A stretch of 64,000 bases of DNA, taken from contig PHAI01000001.1 in the NCBI GenBank assembly GCA_002840305.1, positions 29,734 to 93,733 of the forward strand, in the 5' to 3' direction. Origin of the DNA: Candidatus Falkowbacteria bacterium HGW-Falkowbacteria-1 (GTDB taxonomy: Bacteria; Patescibacteriota; Patescibacteriia; Patescibacteriales; UBA12465). Position numbers and translations under genes: made by a program. The first letter of the stretch is position 1. Every line of letters begins with the position of its first letter. The notes beneath the pieces are model-generated. The model did not search any database, had not been told where the DNA came from, and was given only the letters and a program-made list of their open reading frames with translations. Shown here piece after piece: positions 28,956 to 38,961 of this stretch.

Positions 28956-30911
28956 ATGATTAGAAAATACAAATCAAATGCAGTTTCTCAAAATTTAAAA
29001 AAAGAAACTGAAGTAAAAAGTGGTAGCGACAATGCTGTTTCTACTAAAACTCCTATTGTCAAAAAAGATTTTGCCAGGACAAAAGGATTTGCTCCCAGAG
29101 GTCATAGACCGGCGGGGCATAATAGAAACAACTCTTTTGGAGTTAGACGTCCATTTTCTTCCGCACCTAGAAACGAAGGAGCCGGATTTCAGTCTGTAGC
29201 CCCAAAAGATCTGAATGGTAAATTAAGGATTATGGCCTTGGGTGGATTAGAAGAGGTTGGTCGCAATATGATGTTGGTTGAATATGAAAAAGAAATCATC
29301 ATTATTGACATGGGTTTACAATTTCCAGAAGAAGATATGCCGGGGATAGATTATATTATTCCTAATGTTTCTTATCTAGAAGATAAGAAAGACTGGATTA
29401 AGGCCGTATTTATTACCCACGGTCATTATGACCATATTGGTGGGATACCCCATATTATGGGTAAAATAGGTAATCCTCCTATGTTTATGGGAAAAATGAC
29501 GGCTGGCTTAGTTAAAAAAAGGGCTGTTGAATTTAGAGACGCTCCAGTTTTGAAGATAAAAGAAATAAATGAAACTGACGTCATAAAGATATCTGATAAG
29601 CTTACAATTGAATTTTTTAGAGTGAATCATTCTATTCCGGATTGTTTTGCTGCTATAATAACGACTCCGATAGGAAAAATAGTTCATACGGGTGATTTCA
29701 AAATAGATTTTTCCCCAGTTAATGATAAGCCAGCAGATTTAAATCGTATTGCTCAAATAGGATCACAAGACATATTACTTTTAATGTCCGACTCAACTGA
29801 CGCTACTCATCCTGGCTATCAACTTTCGGAATCAGCAATTGGTGACGAGATGGGAAAGCTTTTTGATAAAATTACAGGCAGAATTATAATTGGAACCTTT
29901 GCTTCTCAGCTTAGTCGTGTTCAAAAAATATTTGATTTAGCAAATAAATATGGAAGAAGAATATCTCTTCAGGGTAGAAGCATGAATGAAAACGTGGAGG
30001 TGGCCCATCAGATTGGATATTTAAAATTTGACCCAAAAATTTTAGTTGAGGACAGAGATTTAAATAGAATAAGAGATGATAAAATTATTATTATTGGAAC
30101 AGGAGCGCAGGGAGAAAGCAATGCTTTTCTGTCTCGCGTAGTAAATGCCGAGCATCGAGTCGTGAGTCTGAAGCAAGGAGATACTGTTATTTTCTCGTCT
30201 TCGGTTATACCTGGTAACGAAAGAAGTATACAAAATTTAATGGATATGGTTGTCAGACAAGGCGCAAAGATTATTCATTACAAGATGATGGACATACATG
30301 CCGGAGGACATGCCAAGCAGGAAGATTTAAAGCTAATGATGCGCTTGGTAAAACCAAGATATTTTATGCCCATAGAAGCCAATCATTATATGCTACAGGC
30401 TCATGCCGAGCTAGCCGAACAAATAGGTATAAAGCGTGAAAACATTTTTGTTGCTGATAATGGGCAAGTATTGGAATTTAAGAAAGGTGAGAAAATTGTT
30501 GATGGCAAAAGATATGATGTCTTAGGAACTTTAACCAAGGAGAAAGTCCCAACTGATTATGTTATGGTGGATGGCCTGGGCGTTGGTGATGTTTCTAGCA
30601 TAGTGCTTCGCGATAGACGCGTTATGTCTGAGGATGGCATGATAGTAGTGATAGCTACTATTGATGGCCGAACAGGAGCTTTGATTGGCAGCCCGGATCT
30701 TATTTCTCGCGGTTTTATATATATGAAAGAAAATCGTGATTTAATAGAGAAGACTAGAGAAAAAGTAAAAAAAATAGTTAGAGATCAAAACTCAGAAACT
30801 CCAGCCGATGATGATTATATAAAAAATAAAATTAGAAATGAAATAGGCAGTTTTCTATTTGGTGCCACCAAGAGAAGACCAATGGTTTTACCGGTAGTAA
30901 TAAAGGTTTAG
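28956..30911 (+). CDS. rnj: Ribonuclease J
   Basis: LGGLEEVGRNM, THGHYDHIGG, HTGDFKID, HAGGH, RRPMVLPV. Confidence 0.96.
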   Translation: MIRKYKSNAVSQNLKKETEVKSGSDNAVSTKTPIVKKDFARTKGFAPRGHRPAGHNRNNSFGVRRPFSSAPRNEGAGFQSVAPKDLNGKLRIMALGGLEEVGRNMMLVEYEKEIIIIDMGLQFPEEDMPGIDYIIPNVSYLEDKKDWIKAVFITHGHYDHIGGIPHIMGKIGNPPMFMGKMTAGLVKKRAVEFRDAPVLKIKEINETDVIKISDKLTIEFFRVNHSIPDCFAAIITTPIGKIVHTGDFKIDFSPVNDKPADLNRIAQIGSQDILLLMSDSTDATHPGYQLSESAIGDEMGKLFDKITGRIIIGTFASQLSRVQKIFDLANKYGRRISLQGRSMNENVEVAHQIGYLKFDPKILVEDRDLNRIRDDKIIIIGTGAQGESNAFLSRVVNAEHRVVSLKQGDTVIFSSSVIPGNERSIQNLMDMVVRQGAKIIHYKMMDIHAGGHAKQEDLKLMMRLVKPRYFMPIEANHYMLQAHAELAEQIGIKRENIFVADNGQVLEFKKGEKIVDGKRYDVLGTLTKEKVPTDYVMVDGLGVGDVSSIVLRDRRVMSEDGMIVVIATIDGRTGALIGSPDLISRGFIYMKENRDLIEKTREKVKKIVRDQNSETPADDDYIKNKIRNEIGSFLFGATKRRPMVLPVVIKV

Positions 30912-31006
30912 TTTATCTGCAAAAATAATATTTTTTTCAAGACCCTAAATAGGGTCTTGACTTTTTTTGTTTTTACTGCTAATGTTTTTAGTTAAGAAAA
31001 AAGTAA

Positions 31007-31270
31007 ATGATAGTGAACAAAAATTTCTGTATTTCAGAGTCTATTCTTCTTTTGAAGTCGATAGACTATTTAAAAGAAAGGATTGATTTAAGAGCGGCTC
31101 AAGGAGAAAAAGGATTGTCAGAAGGAATAATATTCTATGATGATATTTTTGCTTCCGAATTTCTCGATTATTTCGTTAAATTAGAAAAAGGCGAAAAAAT
31201 AGAAAGCTCGGCGCCAGTCTCTTCTTTCGATTGTCAGAATCAAGGCCTAAAGGCCTGGTTCAAAAATTAA
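31007..31270 (+). CDS. Hypothetical protein
   Basis: 87-aa ORF between two hairpin terminators (30937-30960 and 31274-31303). Confidence 0.6.
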   Translation: MIVNKNFCISESILLLKSIDYLKERIDLRAAQGEKGLSEGIIFYDDIFASEFLDYFVKLEKGEKIESSAPVSSFDCQNQGLKAWFKN

Positions 31271-31495
31271 GTCAACGCCCCTGTTACGACATGGGCGTTT
31301 TTTATAATGTTCTCACTGTTTTCTTGTTTTTAAAAATATGTCCATATTTTAACCTTGTAAATTAGGCATAAAGCAAACATTGACTAAACTTATTTTTTAT
31401 GCTACAATATAAGTGTAAGATATTTGTTTTATTTTTTTTAAAAACTAATTAGATAATTTACCATATTCATTTTTGGCTAATTATCTTTAAAAAAT

Positions 31496-32041
31496 ATGAA
31501 TTTTGAAACAAAGACAAACAATAACGAAGAAATTGATGTTTTGGAAAATAAAGAAAGCGAAAGTGGTCAAGAAAACAAAGGCGACAAAGAAGCTTATCTT
31601 CGAGCCGCAGAAAAAGCTAAGGAAGATTTAGAGATGGCGAAAGAGGGAGACAAGGCTTTAGCTGGTGAAGAAGTAGAAAAAGCTAGAAAATCTATTTTTG
31701 AAAAAATAGCAGGAGCTTTTAAGGGAAAAGAGAAGAGCGAAGAGGAAAAATATGAGAATGAAATGAAAAGTTTCGAAAAGCTAATAAAAAGCTTAACTCA
31801 CGTATCGAGCTCTACTTTAGAATTGGGAGCAAGTTTTAGCGGAGGAATTGATTTCGATGCCGTTAAAAGTCCAGAGTTAAGAAGTAAGTTGGATGAAATA
31901 ATTGATCTTAACAAAAAAATAGCTAAAACAGATAAGGGCCAAGAGAAGGTTGATTTGCTTTATAAGAAAAAAGAATTGATTCAACGCTTAGCTAGAACTG
32001 GAAGAACAGAACTTAAAAATAAATATAACATAGCAGCTTAA
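31496..32041 (+). CDS. Hypothetical charged helical protein
   Basis: Own promoter (TTGACT...TGcTACAAT, 31380-31408) and a perfect terminator at 32051-32087. Confidence 0.75.
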   Translation: MNFETKTNNNEEIDVLENKESESGQENKGDKEAYLRAAEKAKEDLEMAKEGDKALAGEEVEKARKSIFEKIAGAFKGKEKSEEEKYENEMKSFEKLIKSLTHVSSSTLELGASFSGGIDFDAVKSPELRSKLDEIIDLNKKIAKTDKGQEKVDLLYKKKELIQRLARTGRTELKNKYNIAA

Positions 32042-32050
32042 ATTAAGAAC

Positions 32051-32087
32051 AAAAAAAGAGGAGCACGATTCGTGCTCCTCTTTTTTT
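32051..32087. terminator. Bidirectional terminator
   Basis: AAAAAAAGAGGAGCACGA-T-TCGTGCTCCTCTTTTTTT. Confidence 0.8.
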
Positions 32088-32100
32088 GTTGTGTGTAATT

Positions 32101-32958
32101 TTACACTTTTTTTATTTTAGAAATTTGTATTCCTACAAAAATTCCAGCTATAACTAGTAATAAAATAATAATAAAACTTCTATCTATCTCTATATTTGTT
32201 ATTTTTCCAAAAGGCCAAATTTTTCGAAGGGCCCCGGACATAAAACCAATTAAAATGGCCATGGATTGTTCTTTGTATTTTTTAAATAAAAAGTCTAGCA
32301 ACTTAATGAAAGAAGCTAGGCCGAATATACAACCAAGGGCGAAAACAAGTAAGTATACCAAATTACCACTAATAAAAGGATTTTTTAGAACTGAAATCAT
32401 AAACTCATATTTTCCCAAGATTAGTAGAATAAAAGATCCACTTATTCCCGGCAAAATCATAGCGCAGATAGCCAAAATTCCACTTATAAAGATGTTTAAA
32501 TAAGTGTTGGCTGAATTAATTGAGTTGGAACCAGATATAATCCAAGCTAAAATAAAGCCAGGGATTAGAAACAGAGAGTTTTTAGCTCTGTAGAATTTTT
32601 TTGGCAATATTATAAAAATAGAGGCTATTATTAAACCGAAAAAAAATCCATATAAATAGGAGCTATGATTTTGGAGCAGATAGGAGATAACTTTGGCTAA
32701 ACCGATTATTGCTATAATTATTCCCGAGAACAAAGGAAGCAGAAAGCCTAGATTAATTTTAGAAAACGCTTCTTTAATCTTTAGGTTTAGCAGTAGTTTT
32801 AGAAAGCCAAGGTTTATAGCCTTTAATTCTTTTATTAGTTTTTCGTATATTCCCAAAATTAAGGCCATTGTTCCACCTGATATTCCGGGTATAATGTCAA
32901 CCGAGCCCATGGCGAATCCTTTAAAAAAATATATTAATTTTGTTTTTATTTTTTTCAT
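32101..32958 (-). CDS. DUF368 family membrane protein (undecaprenyl-phosphate translocase family)
   Basis: KGFAMGSVDIIPGISGGTMA and CAMILPGISGSFILL repeats. Start set to ATG 32958. Confidence 0.9.
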   Translation of the reverse strand: MKKIKTKLIYFFKGFAMGSVDIIPGISGGTMALILGIYEKLIKELKAINLGFLKLLLNLKIKEAFSKINLGFLLPLFSGIIIAIIGLAKVISYLLQNHSSYLYGFFFGLIIASIFIILPKKFYRAKNSLFLIPGFILAWIISGSNSINSANTYLNIFISGILAICAMILPGISGSFILLILGKYEFMISVLKNPFISGNLVYLLVFALGCIFGLASFIKLLDFLFKKYKEQSMAILIGFMSGALRKIWPFGKITNIEIDRSFIIILLLVIAGIFVGIQISKIKKV

Positions 32959-33097
32959 GTTTTTATTATAGCATATAAACAATTTACTTGTCATTTCTGG
33001 TGGAGTTCGTTACTACGAGAAAGAAGCGGGAACGGTAAGGCGATTTTGTTTGTTTTAAGCTAAAAAATAATATATAATAGTAATAAGATGTAAGATT

Positions 33098-36097
33098 ATG
33101 AATAACAAAAAAAACATTCAAAATGATTTAAAATTCTTTAAAGAAGATTTAAAAAAGCTCAACAAAGAACAATTGTCGGCCGTGAAGCATGAAGATGGCC
33201 CTCTTTTGGTTGTGGCTGGCGCCGGAACTGGTAAAACTACTGTTTTGATAAATCGCTTGGCCTATTTAGTTATGGAAAAGGGAATAAAAACTGATGAAAT
33301 TTTTTTAGCCACATTTACCGAAAAAGCGGCCAATGAGATGATAGAAAGAGCTGATAAAATTTTACCATACGGTTATGTTGATTTATGGATAAACACTTTT
33401 CACGGCTTTGGGGAAAGAATTTTAAGGGAAAACGCCCTAGAAATAGGTCTTAGCCCTGATTTTAAGTTATTAGACGAAACCGCACAATGGGTTTTTATCA
33501 AAAAAAATCTAAATTTATTTAATTTGAGCTATTATGCTCCAGTTGGCAATCCTAATAAATTTATTAAAGAACTATTAAATCATTTTTCTCGTTTAAAAGA
33601 TGAAAATATTTTACCCGAAGATTATTTGAGATACTACAAAAAAATAGAAAAAAAATATGATGATAAAAAAGAGACACCTTCGGATATTGGAGACGAATTG
33701 AATCTTGAAAAAATAAAGGAACTGGCTGAAGCTTTTATTGTTTATAATAATCTGTTGATTAAAAATAATTATTTGGATTTTGCTGATTTGATAAATTACA
33801 CTATAAAGTTATTTAAGACTAGGCCAAATATTTTGAAAATTTATCAAGACAAATTTAAATATTTAATGCTTGATGAATTTCAAGATACTAATTTTTCTCA
33901 GTATGAGTTAGTCAAAATTTTATCCAGTAAGAATAATAATTTAATGGTCGTAGGAGATGATGATCAGTCGATATATAAGTTTCGAGGAGCTTCGATTTCT
34001 AATATTATGCAATTTAAAGATGATTACCCGTCGGCCAAGGAGGTGGTCTTAAGTAAAAATTATCGTTCCCAGCAAGAAATATTAGATTTGGCTTATAAAT
34101 TTATTTCCAATAACAACCCAAATCGCTTGGAGATAAAATTAAATATTAATAAGAAATTAAAATCTTTCGTGAATTTTGATAATTTACTTGGACGGATTAT
34201 TTCCGCTGATAGTTTCTTGAACGAATCAGATGAAATGAGTTCCGTTAGTTCAAAAATAATAGAAATTTACCGAAGTGATCCGGAGTGTAATTGGATGGAT
34301 TTTGCTATTTTGACTAGAAGCAACGACTCAGCTGATAAATATTCCAAGGAGCTTAGTCGCCTAAGCATTCCTAACCATTTTGTTTCTTTGAAGGGCCTTT
34401 ATTATAAGTCAATAATCTTAGATATTGTTTCTTATTTTCGTCTACTTGATGATTATCGTGAATCTTCGGCCTTGTTTAGAGTTTTAAATATGGAAGAGTT
34501 TAAAATTACTCACACTGATTTACAAAATATAAGTAGCGAGTCAAAAAAGAAATATTGGTCTTTGTTTGAAGGTTTACAAAACGCCGACAAGATAAAGGGT
34601 GTAAGCTCCGAATCTCTGCCCAAAATAAATAAACTATTAAACTTAATAAATGTTCACAGCCCGCTTGCTAGAGACAAAAAGCCAAGTCACGTATTTGTTA
34701 AATTTATTTATGACAGCGAAATTTTGAAAAACTTAAATCATGAAAAAGACAAAGAAATTTTTTCATATATTAATCAGTTTTATCAAAAGATAAAAAAATT
34801 TGAAGAAGATGACGAGAATTTGAGATTAAAAGATTTTATTGAATTACTTGATTTTGAATTGGAGGCTGGTGATTTTGGGCGATTAAAAAATGACTTTGTT
34901 GATGTAGACACTGTTAAAGTTATGACCGTTCATGCTGCCAAGGGATTGGAGTTTAAACATGTTTTTCTGGTTGATTTGGTTGAACGTAGATTTCCTAGTG
35001 ATAATAGAAGTGATAAAATAAGCCTACCGCTTGAGTTAATGAAAGAAAAGGTGGTCGATTCTGTTGATTTTCATATTGAAGAAGAGAGGCGTCTTTTCTA
35101 TGTCGCATTAACTAGAGCCAAAGAAAGTATTCATTTGAGTTGTGCCAAAGATTATGGTGGAGCTCGTGAAAAGAGGCCGTCAGTTTTTTTCAAGGAGGCG
35201 GGATTAGAAATTAAAGCAGCAGAAAAAATAAACTTCGATGATTTAGAGTTTTTTAAAGATTTAAGAATTTTAAATGAGCAGAATTCTGGAGAATTTTTAT
35301 TAAAAAAAGAAGAATTAAAATTGCCAAATTATTTTTCCTTTTCTCAATTTGCTTCTTTTTCTAAATGTCCGCTACAGTATAAGTATGCTCATTTATTGAA
35401 AGTGCCGGTATCAGAAGAAAAATATAATTTAACATTTGGAAAGGTTATACATAATTGTTTGTATCAATTCTTGTTACCGATTCTTCAGGGAGAAAATAAA
35501 ATGCAGTCAAAGCTTTTTTCTTCTAATGATGAGAGTAAAGAGACAATTAGTAAGGACAGGATTTTATCTTTGTATAAGGAATTATGGCAGAACGATGGTT
35601 ATCAGAACATTGAAACTAGAGATGATTATTATCGAAAAGGGGAGAAACTATTAGTTGATTTTTATGAAGCTTTAAAGACTGATAAATTGCCTAGTGTTTA
35701 TTTTTTAGAAAAAGATCTTCGTTTTAAATTTAAAAACAATACCATAATTGGTCGCATTGATCGTATAGATAAGTTGGAGAATGGTAAATTTGAAATAATA
35801 GACTATAAGACTGGGAATGGCAAGGAAAAACTAACCGCAGACGATAAAAAACAATTAATCTTATATAAAATAATGATTGAAAGTGTTTTGGATATTGAAG
35901 TTGAAAGAATGACTTATTATTATCTCGAAACTAGTAATAAGCTTAGTTTCAGCGCTAAAGAAAAAGAGGTTGAAGCGACAATTGAATGGCTAGCCAGTAA
36001 TATTTCAGAAATAAGTAAAAAAGAATTTTCGCCCAATCCTTCGTCCTTCAATTGTTCTTTTTGTGATTTTAAGGGCATTTGTGAATTTAGACAGTAG
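33098..36097 (+). CDS. UvrD/PcrA-like SF1 helicase fused to a PD-(D/E)XK nuclease
   Basis: AGAGTGKT, DEFQD, GDDDQSIYKFRGA, TVHAAKGLEF, EERRLFYVALTRA. C-terminal GRIDRID/IIDYKTG with 1+3 Cys. Confidence 0.92.
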   Translation: MNNKKNIQNDLKFFKEDLKKLNKEQLSAVKHEDGPLLVVAGAGTGKTTVLINRLAYLVMEKGIKTDEIFLATFTEKAANEMIERADKILPYGYVDLWINTFHGFGERILRENALEIGLSPDFKLLDETAQWVFIKKNLNLFNLSYYAPVGNPNKFIKELLNHFSRLKDENILPEDYLRYYKKIEKKYDDKKETPSDIGDELNLEKIKELAEAFIVYNNLLIKNNYLDFADLINYTIKLFKTRPNILKIYQDKFKYLMLDEFQDTNFSQYELVKILSSKNNNLMVVGDDDQSIYKFRGASISNIMQFKDDYPSAKEVVLSKNYRSQQEILDLAYKFISNNNPNRLEIKLNINKKLKSFVNFDNLLGRIISADSFLNESDEMSSVSSKIIEIYRSDPECNWMDFAILTRSNDSADKYSKELSRLSIPNHFVSLKGLYYKSIILDIVSYFRLLDDYRESSALFRVLNMEEFKITHTDLQNISSESKKKYWSLFEGLQNADKIKGVSSESLPKINKLLNLINVHSPLARDKKPSHVFVKFIYDSEILKNLNHEKDKEIFSYINQFYQKIKKFEEDDENLRLKDFIELLDFELEAGDFGRLKNDFVDVDTVKVMTVHAAKGLEFKHVFLVDLVERRFPSDNRSDKISLPLELMKEKVVDSVDFHIEEERRLFYVALTRAKESIHLSCAKDYGGAREKRPSVFFKEAGLEIKAAEKINFDDLEFFKDLRILNEQNSGEFLLKKEELKLPNYFSFSQFASFSKCPLQYKYAHLLKVPVSEEKYNLTFGKVIHNCLYQFLLPILQGENKMQSKLFSSNDESKETISKDRILSLYKELWQNDGYQNIETRDDYYRKGEKLLVDFYEALKTDKLPSVYFLEKDLRFKFKNNTIIGRIDRIDKLENGKFEIIDYKTGNGKEKLTADDKKQLILYKIMIESVLDIEVERMTYYYLETSNKLSFSAKEKEVEATIEWLASNISEISKKEFSPNPSSFNCSFCDFKGICEFRQ

Positions 36098-36115
36098 TTT
36101 TTATTATTAAAACAT

Positions 36116-38647
36116 ATGGATATTTTAAAACAATCGAATCGTGACATTACTGATATTTTGGGTGACTTGAAAAGTGATTCGGATAAAGGTTTGGATCAAT
36201 TAGATGCGGAAAAAAGACTGGAAGAAAATGGTTTGAATAAAATTGAAGAGAAAAACTCAAAAGCTCTTAAAATATTTTTGGGACAATTTAAGTCGCCTTT
36301 CGTTTATCTTTTAATTGCCGCATCTATCTTGTCATTTTTTTTAGGACAAATTATTGAAGGAGCAATGATTTTGCTTTTTATAGTTATAAATACTTCTTTG
36401 GGTTTTTTCCAAGAATATAAATCGGAAAATACAATAAAATTGTTAAAGAATTACATTAGTTTTAAGACAAAAGTAATTAGGGGCGGTAAGGAGAGATTGA
36501 TTGATAGCGAAAGCTTAGTGGTTGGCGATATTGTTATTTTAGAAACAGGGGATAAAATAAATGCCGATTTAAGAATAATAGAGGCTTATGATTTGTTTGT
36601 TGATGAATCGGTTTTGACCGGGGAGTCATTGTTGGTCTCCAAACAAGGAGAAATAATGACTGAAAAACCAGAAAATTATTTCTCAGCCTCTAATATTTGT
36701 TTTTCGGGGACATCGGTGGCCAAAGGAAAGGCTAAGGGAGTTATTTTAGCTATTGGCAAGACAACTTTCTTAGGAAGTGTCTCAAGACTAACATCTCAAG
36801 TTAAAAGGGTTAGCGAGTTTGAGAAAGGAATATCAAAATTTAGTTCATTCATTTTAAAATTAGTTTTAATTACCTTGGTTTTTGTTTTTATAGCTAATTC
36901 TTTTTTGAAAGGAGGAAATAACTTTTGGGAATTATTAATATTTTCTATTGCTCTGGCCATCTCGGTTATTCCTGAGGCACTGCCGTTGGTGATGACGTTT
37001 TCTTTTTCTAATGGGGCAATGAATTTAGCTAAGCGCAAGGTGGTTGTTAAAAGATTATCGTCCGTTGAGGATTTGGGAAATATTGACATTCTATGTTCAG
37101 ACAAGACTGGTACCTTAACCGAAAACAAGCTTACGGTTTTGGATTTTTATAATTCTACGTCTTCTGTTAAAAATATTTTGCTTTACGCCAATTTAGCATC
37201 TTCACAATCTGGCGACAGGAGTGAACCGTTTGATATTGCCCTGTTTAACAAGCTGGACGAAGATGATAAAGAATTGCTCGCAGAGTTTGATTTTATGTTT
37301 AGTACGCCTTTTGACCCGGCTAGACAAAGAAACAATGTTTTAGTTCAAAAAAATAAAAAGTTAGATTTTATAGTTAGAGGAGCCGCTGAGGCGATTTTTG
37401 GTTTATGTTTGAATATTGATAACAAAAAAATAGATGACATGAGAGCTTGGATAAAGGAGCAGGGCTTGTTGGGCAGGAGAGTTTTGGCGGTTGCCAAGAA
37501 GACAGTAAAGGAAATTGAATTAGACATTTTAAAAAACAATTTAATTGAAGAAGAAAACAACTTAGATTTTTTGGGCTTAATTGCTTTTGCTGACCCTATA
37601 AAGGAGGGCGTTAAAAAGGCTGTTATCGATGCCAGAAAATTGGGGGTTGATTTGAGAATAATAACCGGCGATAGTTTGGAGGTGGCAGGAGCCGTGGCCT
37701 ATCAAATTGGTTTAATAAGTGATCCGTATCAAGTTATTTTAGCCGGAGATCTAGATAAGATGTCGGAAGAGGATAAAAAAAATGCTATAGAGAAATACAA
37801 AGTTTTTGCTAGAGTTTTGCCAGAACAAAAATTTAGTATTATTAAAAATTTGGAGGAAAAATATAGTATTGGTTACTTGGGTGATGGGATAAACGATGCT
37901 CCGGCATTAAAAATTGCTGGAGTTTCTATTGTTGTCTCCAATGCCTCTGACATCGCCAGAGAAACCGCGGATATAGTTTTGTTAGAAAGTGATCTAAATG
38001 TAATCATTGAGGGAATACGAGAAGGTAGAAGAATTTTTGCAAATAGCGCCAAATATATCAAAGCGACTTTGGCGTCTAATTTTGGTAATTTTTATGCAGT
38101 AGCTATTGCCTCCTTGCTTATTGATTTTTTACCGATGCTACCGCTTCAAATACTTTTGCTTAACTTGTTGTCTGATTTTCCCATGATTGCAGTTGCCACC
38201 GACAATGTTGATTCCGAGGAATTGGTTTCTCCAAAAAAATATCAGGTAAAAGATATAATAATTGTGGCCATGATCTTGGGGGTAGTAAGTTCTATTTTTG
38301 ACTTTATGTTTTTTGCTATGTTTTTTTCTATTTCCCCGGGAGTTTTACAGACTAATTGGTTTATTGCCAGCATCTTGACTGAACTAGCTTTCTTGTTTTC
38401 AATTAGAACTAAAAAGCCGATATTTAAAGCGAAAAGACCTTCCAATTTAATTATTTTATTAACCGGCTTGGCCTCTATCGTGACCGTAATAATTCCATTT
38501 ACTTCTTGGGGCCAAGCATTGTTTGGCTTTGTTAGACCTAGCTGGTGGCATTTATTTTTAATTTTTGTGGTGGCTATTTTGTATTTGGTTTGTTCAGAGA
38601 TAGTTAAATTGGCTTATTATAAGAATCAAGAAAAAAAATTAGTTTAG
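36116..38647 (+). CDS. P-type cation ATPase (MgtA-like)
   Basis: TGES, PEALP, DKTGTLT, GDGINDAPAL, SNFGN. Confidence 0.9.
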   Translation: MDILKQSNRDITDILGDLKSDSDKGLDQLDAEKRLEENGLNKIEEKNSKALKIFLGQFKSPFVYLLIAASILSFFLGQIIEGAMILLFIVINTSLGFFQEYKSENTIKLLKNYISFKTKVIRGGKERLIDSESLVVGDIVILETGDKINADLRIIEAYDLFVDESVLTGESLLVSKQGEIMTEKPENYFSASNICFSGTSVAKGKAKGVILAIGKTTFLGSVSRLTSQVKRVSEFEKGISKFSSFILKLVLITLVFVFIANSFLKGGNNFWELLIFSIALAISVIPEALPLVMTFSFSNGAMNLAKRKVVVKRLSSVEDLGNIDILCSDKTGTLTENKLTVLDFYNSTSSVKNILLYANLASSQSGDRSEPFDIALFNKLDEDDKELLAEFDFMFSTPFDPARQRNNVLVQKNKKLDFIVRGAAEAIFGLCLNIDNKKIDDMRAWIKEQGLLGRRVLAVAKKTVKEIELDILKNNLIEEENNLDFLGLIAFADPIKEGVKKAVIDARKLGVDLRIITGDSLEVAGAVAYQIGLISDPYQVILAGDLDKMSEEDKKNAIEKYKVFARVLPEQKFSIIKNLEEKYSIGYLGDGINDAPALKIAGVSIVVSNASDIARETADIVLLESDLNVIIEGIREGRRIFANSAKYIKATLASNFGNFYAVAIASLLIDFLPMLPLQILLLNLLSDFPMIAVATDNVDSEELVSPKKYQVKDIIIVAMILGVVSSIFDFMFFAMFFSISPGVLQTNWFIASILTELAFLFSIRTKKPIFKAKRPSNLIILLTGLASIVTVIIPFTSWGQALFGFVRPSWWHLFLIFVVAILYLVCSEIVKLAYYKNQEKKLV

Positions 38648-38736
38648 ACCTTGGTTTAAAAATTTAAACTATTGATTAATGGGGGGCTGCGGTATAATAA
38701 TAGTAGGATTCTTGGGATTTTTAGGATTTCTTATTT

Positions 38737-38925
38737 CTTTGTCACCTCGACCGAATGAGAAGCGAAGCTACGTATCACCTTTGTCACCTCGACCGAATGA
38801 GAAGCGAAGCGACGAATGAGTGGAGAGGCCTAAAACAACAGAAAACAGATCTCTCCATTCTCAAATCGCTTTGCGATTTGTTCAGTCGAGATGACAAAAA
38901 AGAAAAACTCAGTCGAGACGACAAA
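38737..38925. repeat. Cluster of REP-like elements (direct duplication, inverted pair, partial copy)
   Basis: 32-bp direct repeat at 38737-38768 and 38779-38810. Inverted arms at about 38780-38831 and 38847-38898. Partial copy at 38908-38925. Confidence 0.85.
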
Positions 38926-38961
38926 TGAGTATAAATATTTAAATAATTAAAACATAATATT

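Noticed and set aside
32989..33050. GC-richer stretch starting TGTCATTTC between DUF368 and the helicase
   Set aside because: Possibly a decayed REP-like copy, but too divergent to call.
35320..36097. Cas4-like Fe-S nuclease domain as a CRISPR or defence component
   Set aside because: It is the C-terminal nuclease of a UvrD fusion (AddA/AdnAB-like repair architecture) in a housekeeping context.
38737..38925. 32-bp and 37-bp direct repeats (also 60933-61032) as a CRISPR array
   Set aside because: Only two copies each, no regular spacers, no cas genes. They are parts of the REP-like family.
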